A stretch of DNA of 64,000 nt, taken from assembly GCF_006345805.1 (NCBI RefSeq), contig NC_043003.1:95976001-96040000 (forward strand), written 5' to 3'. Origin of the DNA: Octopus sinensis. Lineage: Eukaryota. Of this stretch, positions 63,326 through 64,000 are shown piece after piece; position 1 is the first letter of the stretch; every line of letters starts with the position of its first letter. The translations under genes and the position numbers were made by a program. A model generated the notes under the pieces. That model was not told the DNA's origin. It ran no database searches and saw nothing but the letters and a program-made list of their open reading frames with translations.

Positions 63326-64000
63326 ATCTCATCGTCATCGTTTAACATCTGCCTTCCATGGTGACATGGGTGGGACAATTTGACAGCAGCTGGCCAGGTA
63401 GAAGCCAGCACCAGACTTCTGTGACTGTTTCTGCAGGATTTTTACAGCTGGAACCCTTCCAAACACCAACCACTTTACAGTGTAAACTCGATGCTTTTTA
63501 AGTGGCACTTGTACTGACAGGGTCACCAAGTACCTTAAAAGATAAAAAGAAAAATCTTTTGAGCGGGACGGAGCATTGAAGGAGATGATCTTGTGTCAGA
63601 TGATGAAAGGTTATAGTGAGACAGAGAGACAAAAACAGGTGTCTTGCTGTAGAAGAGGTACAAGGTTACCTGGCCAGGGAGAGAGAGAGAAAGGGAGATC
63701 AGGAATGAAGACAGAAACAGGTGTGCTACTGCAGATATAATACATGATTACCCAGCCTGAGGGAAGAGCAGGAGAAACAGAGAGAGAGTGGAAGGCAGTG
63801 GGATAGAAATGGTGGCACAATGCCAGGTATACTTACAAGGGATAGGGATCAGAATATAAATGGGATGGTTGAGTAAAGGAAGAGAGAAGTATAGATGGTG
63901 GCAAGTGCCAGAGCATGCCCTTGAGGTTCAAATGTCATGATATAAGTGGCAGGATATTGTGAAAGAAGTGTGATCAGAGAGTGCGGAGGGGGAGGGGAAA
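63325..64000 (-). mobile_element. Long RTE 3'-UTR copy (runs off the window)
   Basis: CATCGTCATCGTTTAACATC tail, interior related to 24205-25225. Confidence 0.7.

Overview
AT-rich eukaryotic DNA made almost entirely of microsatellites and decayed transposable elements. The SINE, RTE and microsatellite make-up looks like an octopod cephalopod (Octopus); that assignment is my inference from recognising the repeat families. I could not support any intact host protein-coding gene, and nearly all ORFs in the supplied track are microsatellite or transposon artefacts. Recognisable contents: a full-length but mutated IR/DR Tc1 element (DD34E), three mariner remnants, a DD37D (maT) and a DD41D remnant, many 5'-truncated RTE LINEs with (GAT)n tails and variable 3'-UTR repeats, three tRNA-derived SINE families, TTAA (piggyBac-type) MITEs, Helitron/Helentron-like ends, a Gypsy gag fragment, a CR1-type endonuclease fragment and two Penelope-like (GIY-YIG) coding fragments. 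The most notable signal is a set of type I hammerhead ribozymes from five sequence-unrelated non-coding families: 1699-1788(-)/2004-2093(+), 41985-42030(-), 49577-49653(+), 57625-57687(+) and 20329-20363(-)/58125-58159(+). Each family has its own palindromic helix III. Most sit in (TA)n tracts and share an architecture of a 200-500 nt monomer plus an inverted partial copy. One monomer folds as a nested rod, and in another the inversion junction lies within 1 nt of the predicted cleavage site. These look like Penelope pseudo-LTR or retrozyme-like elements. All structures were read by eye and none was computed or tested.
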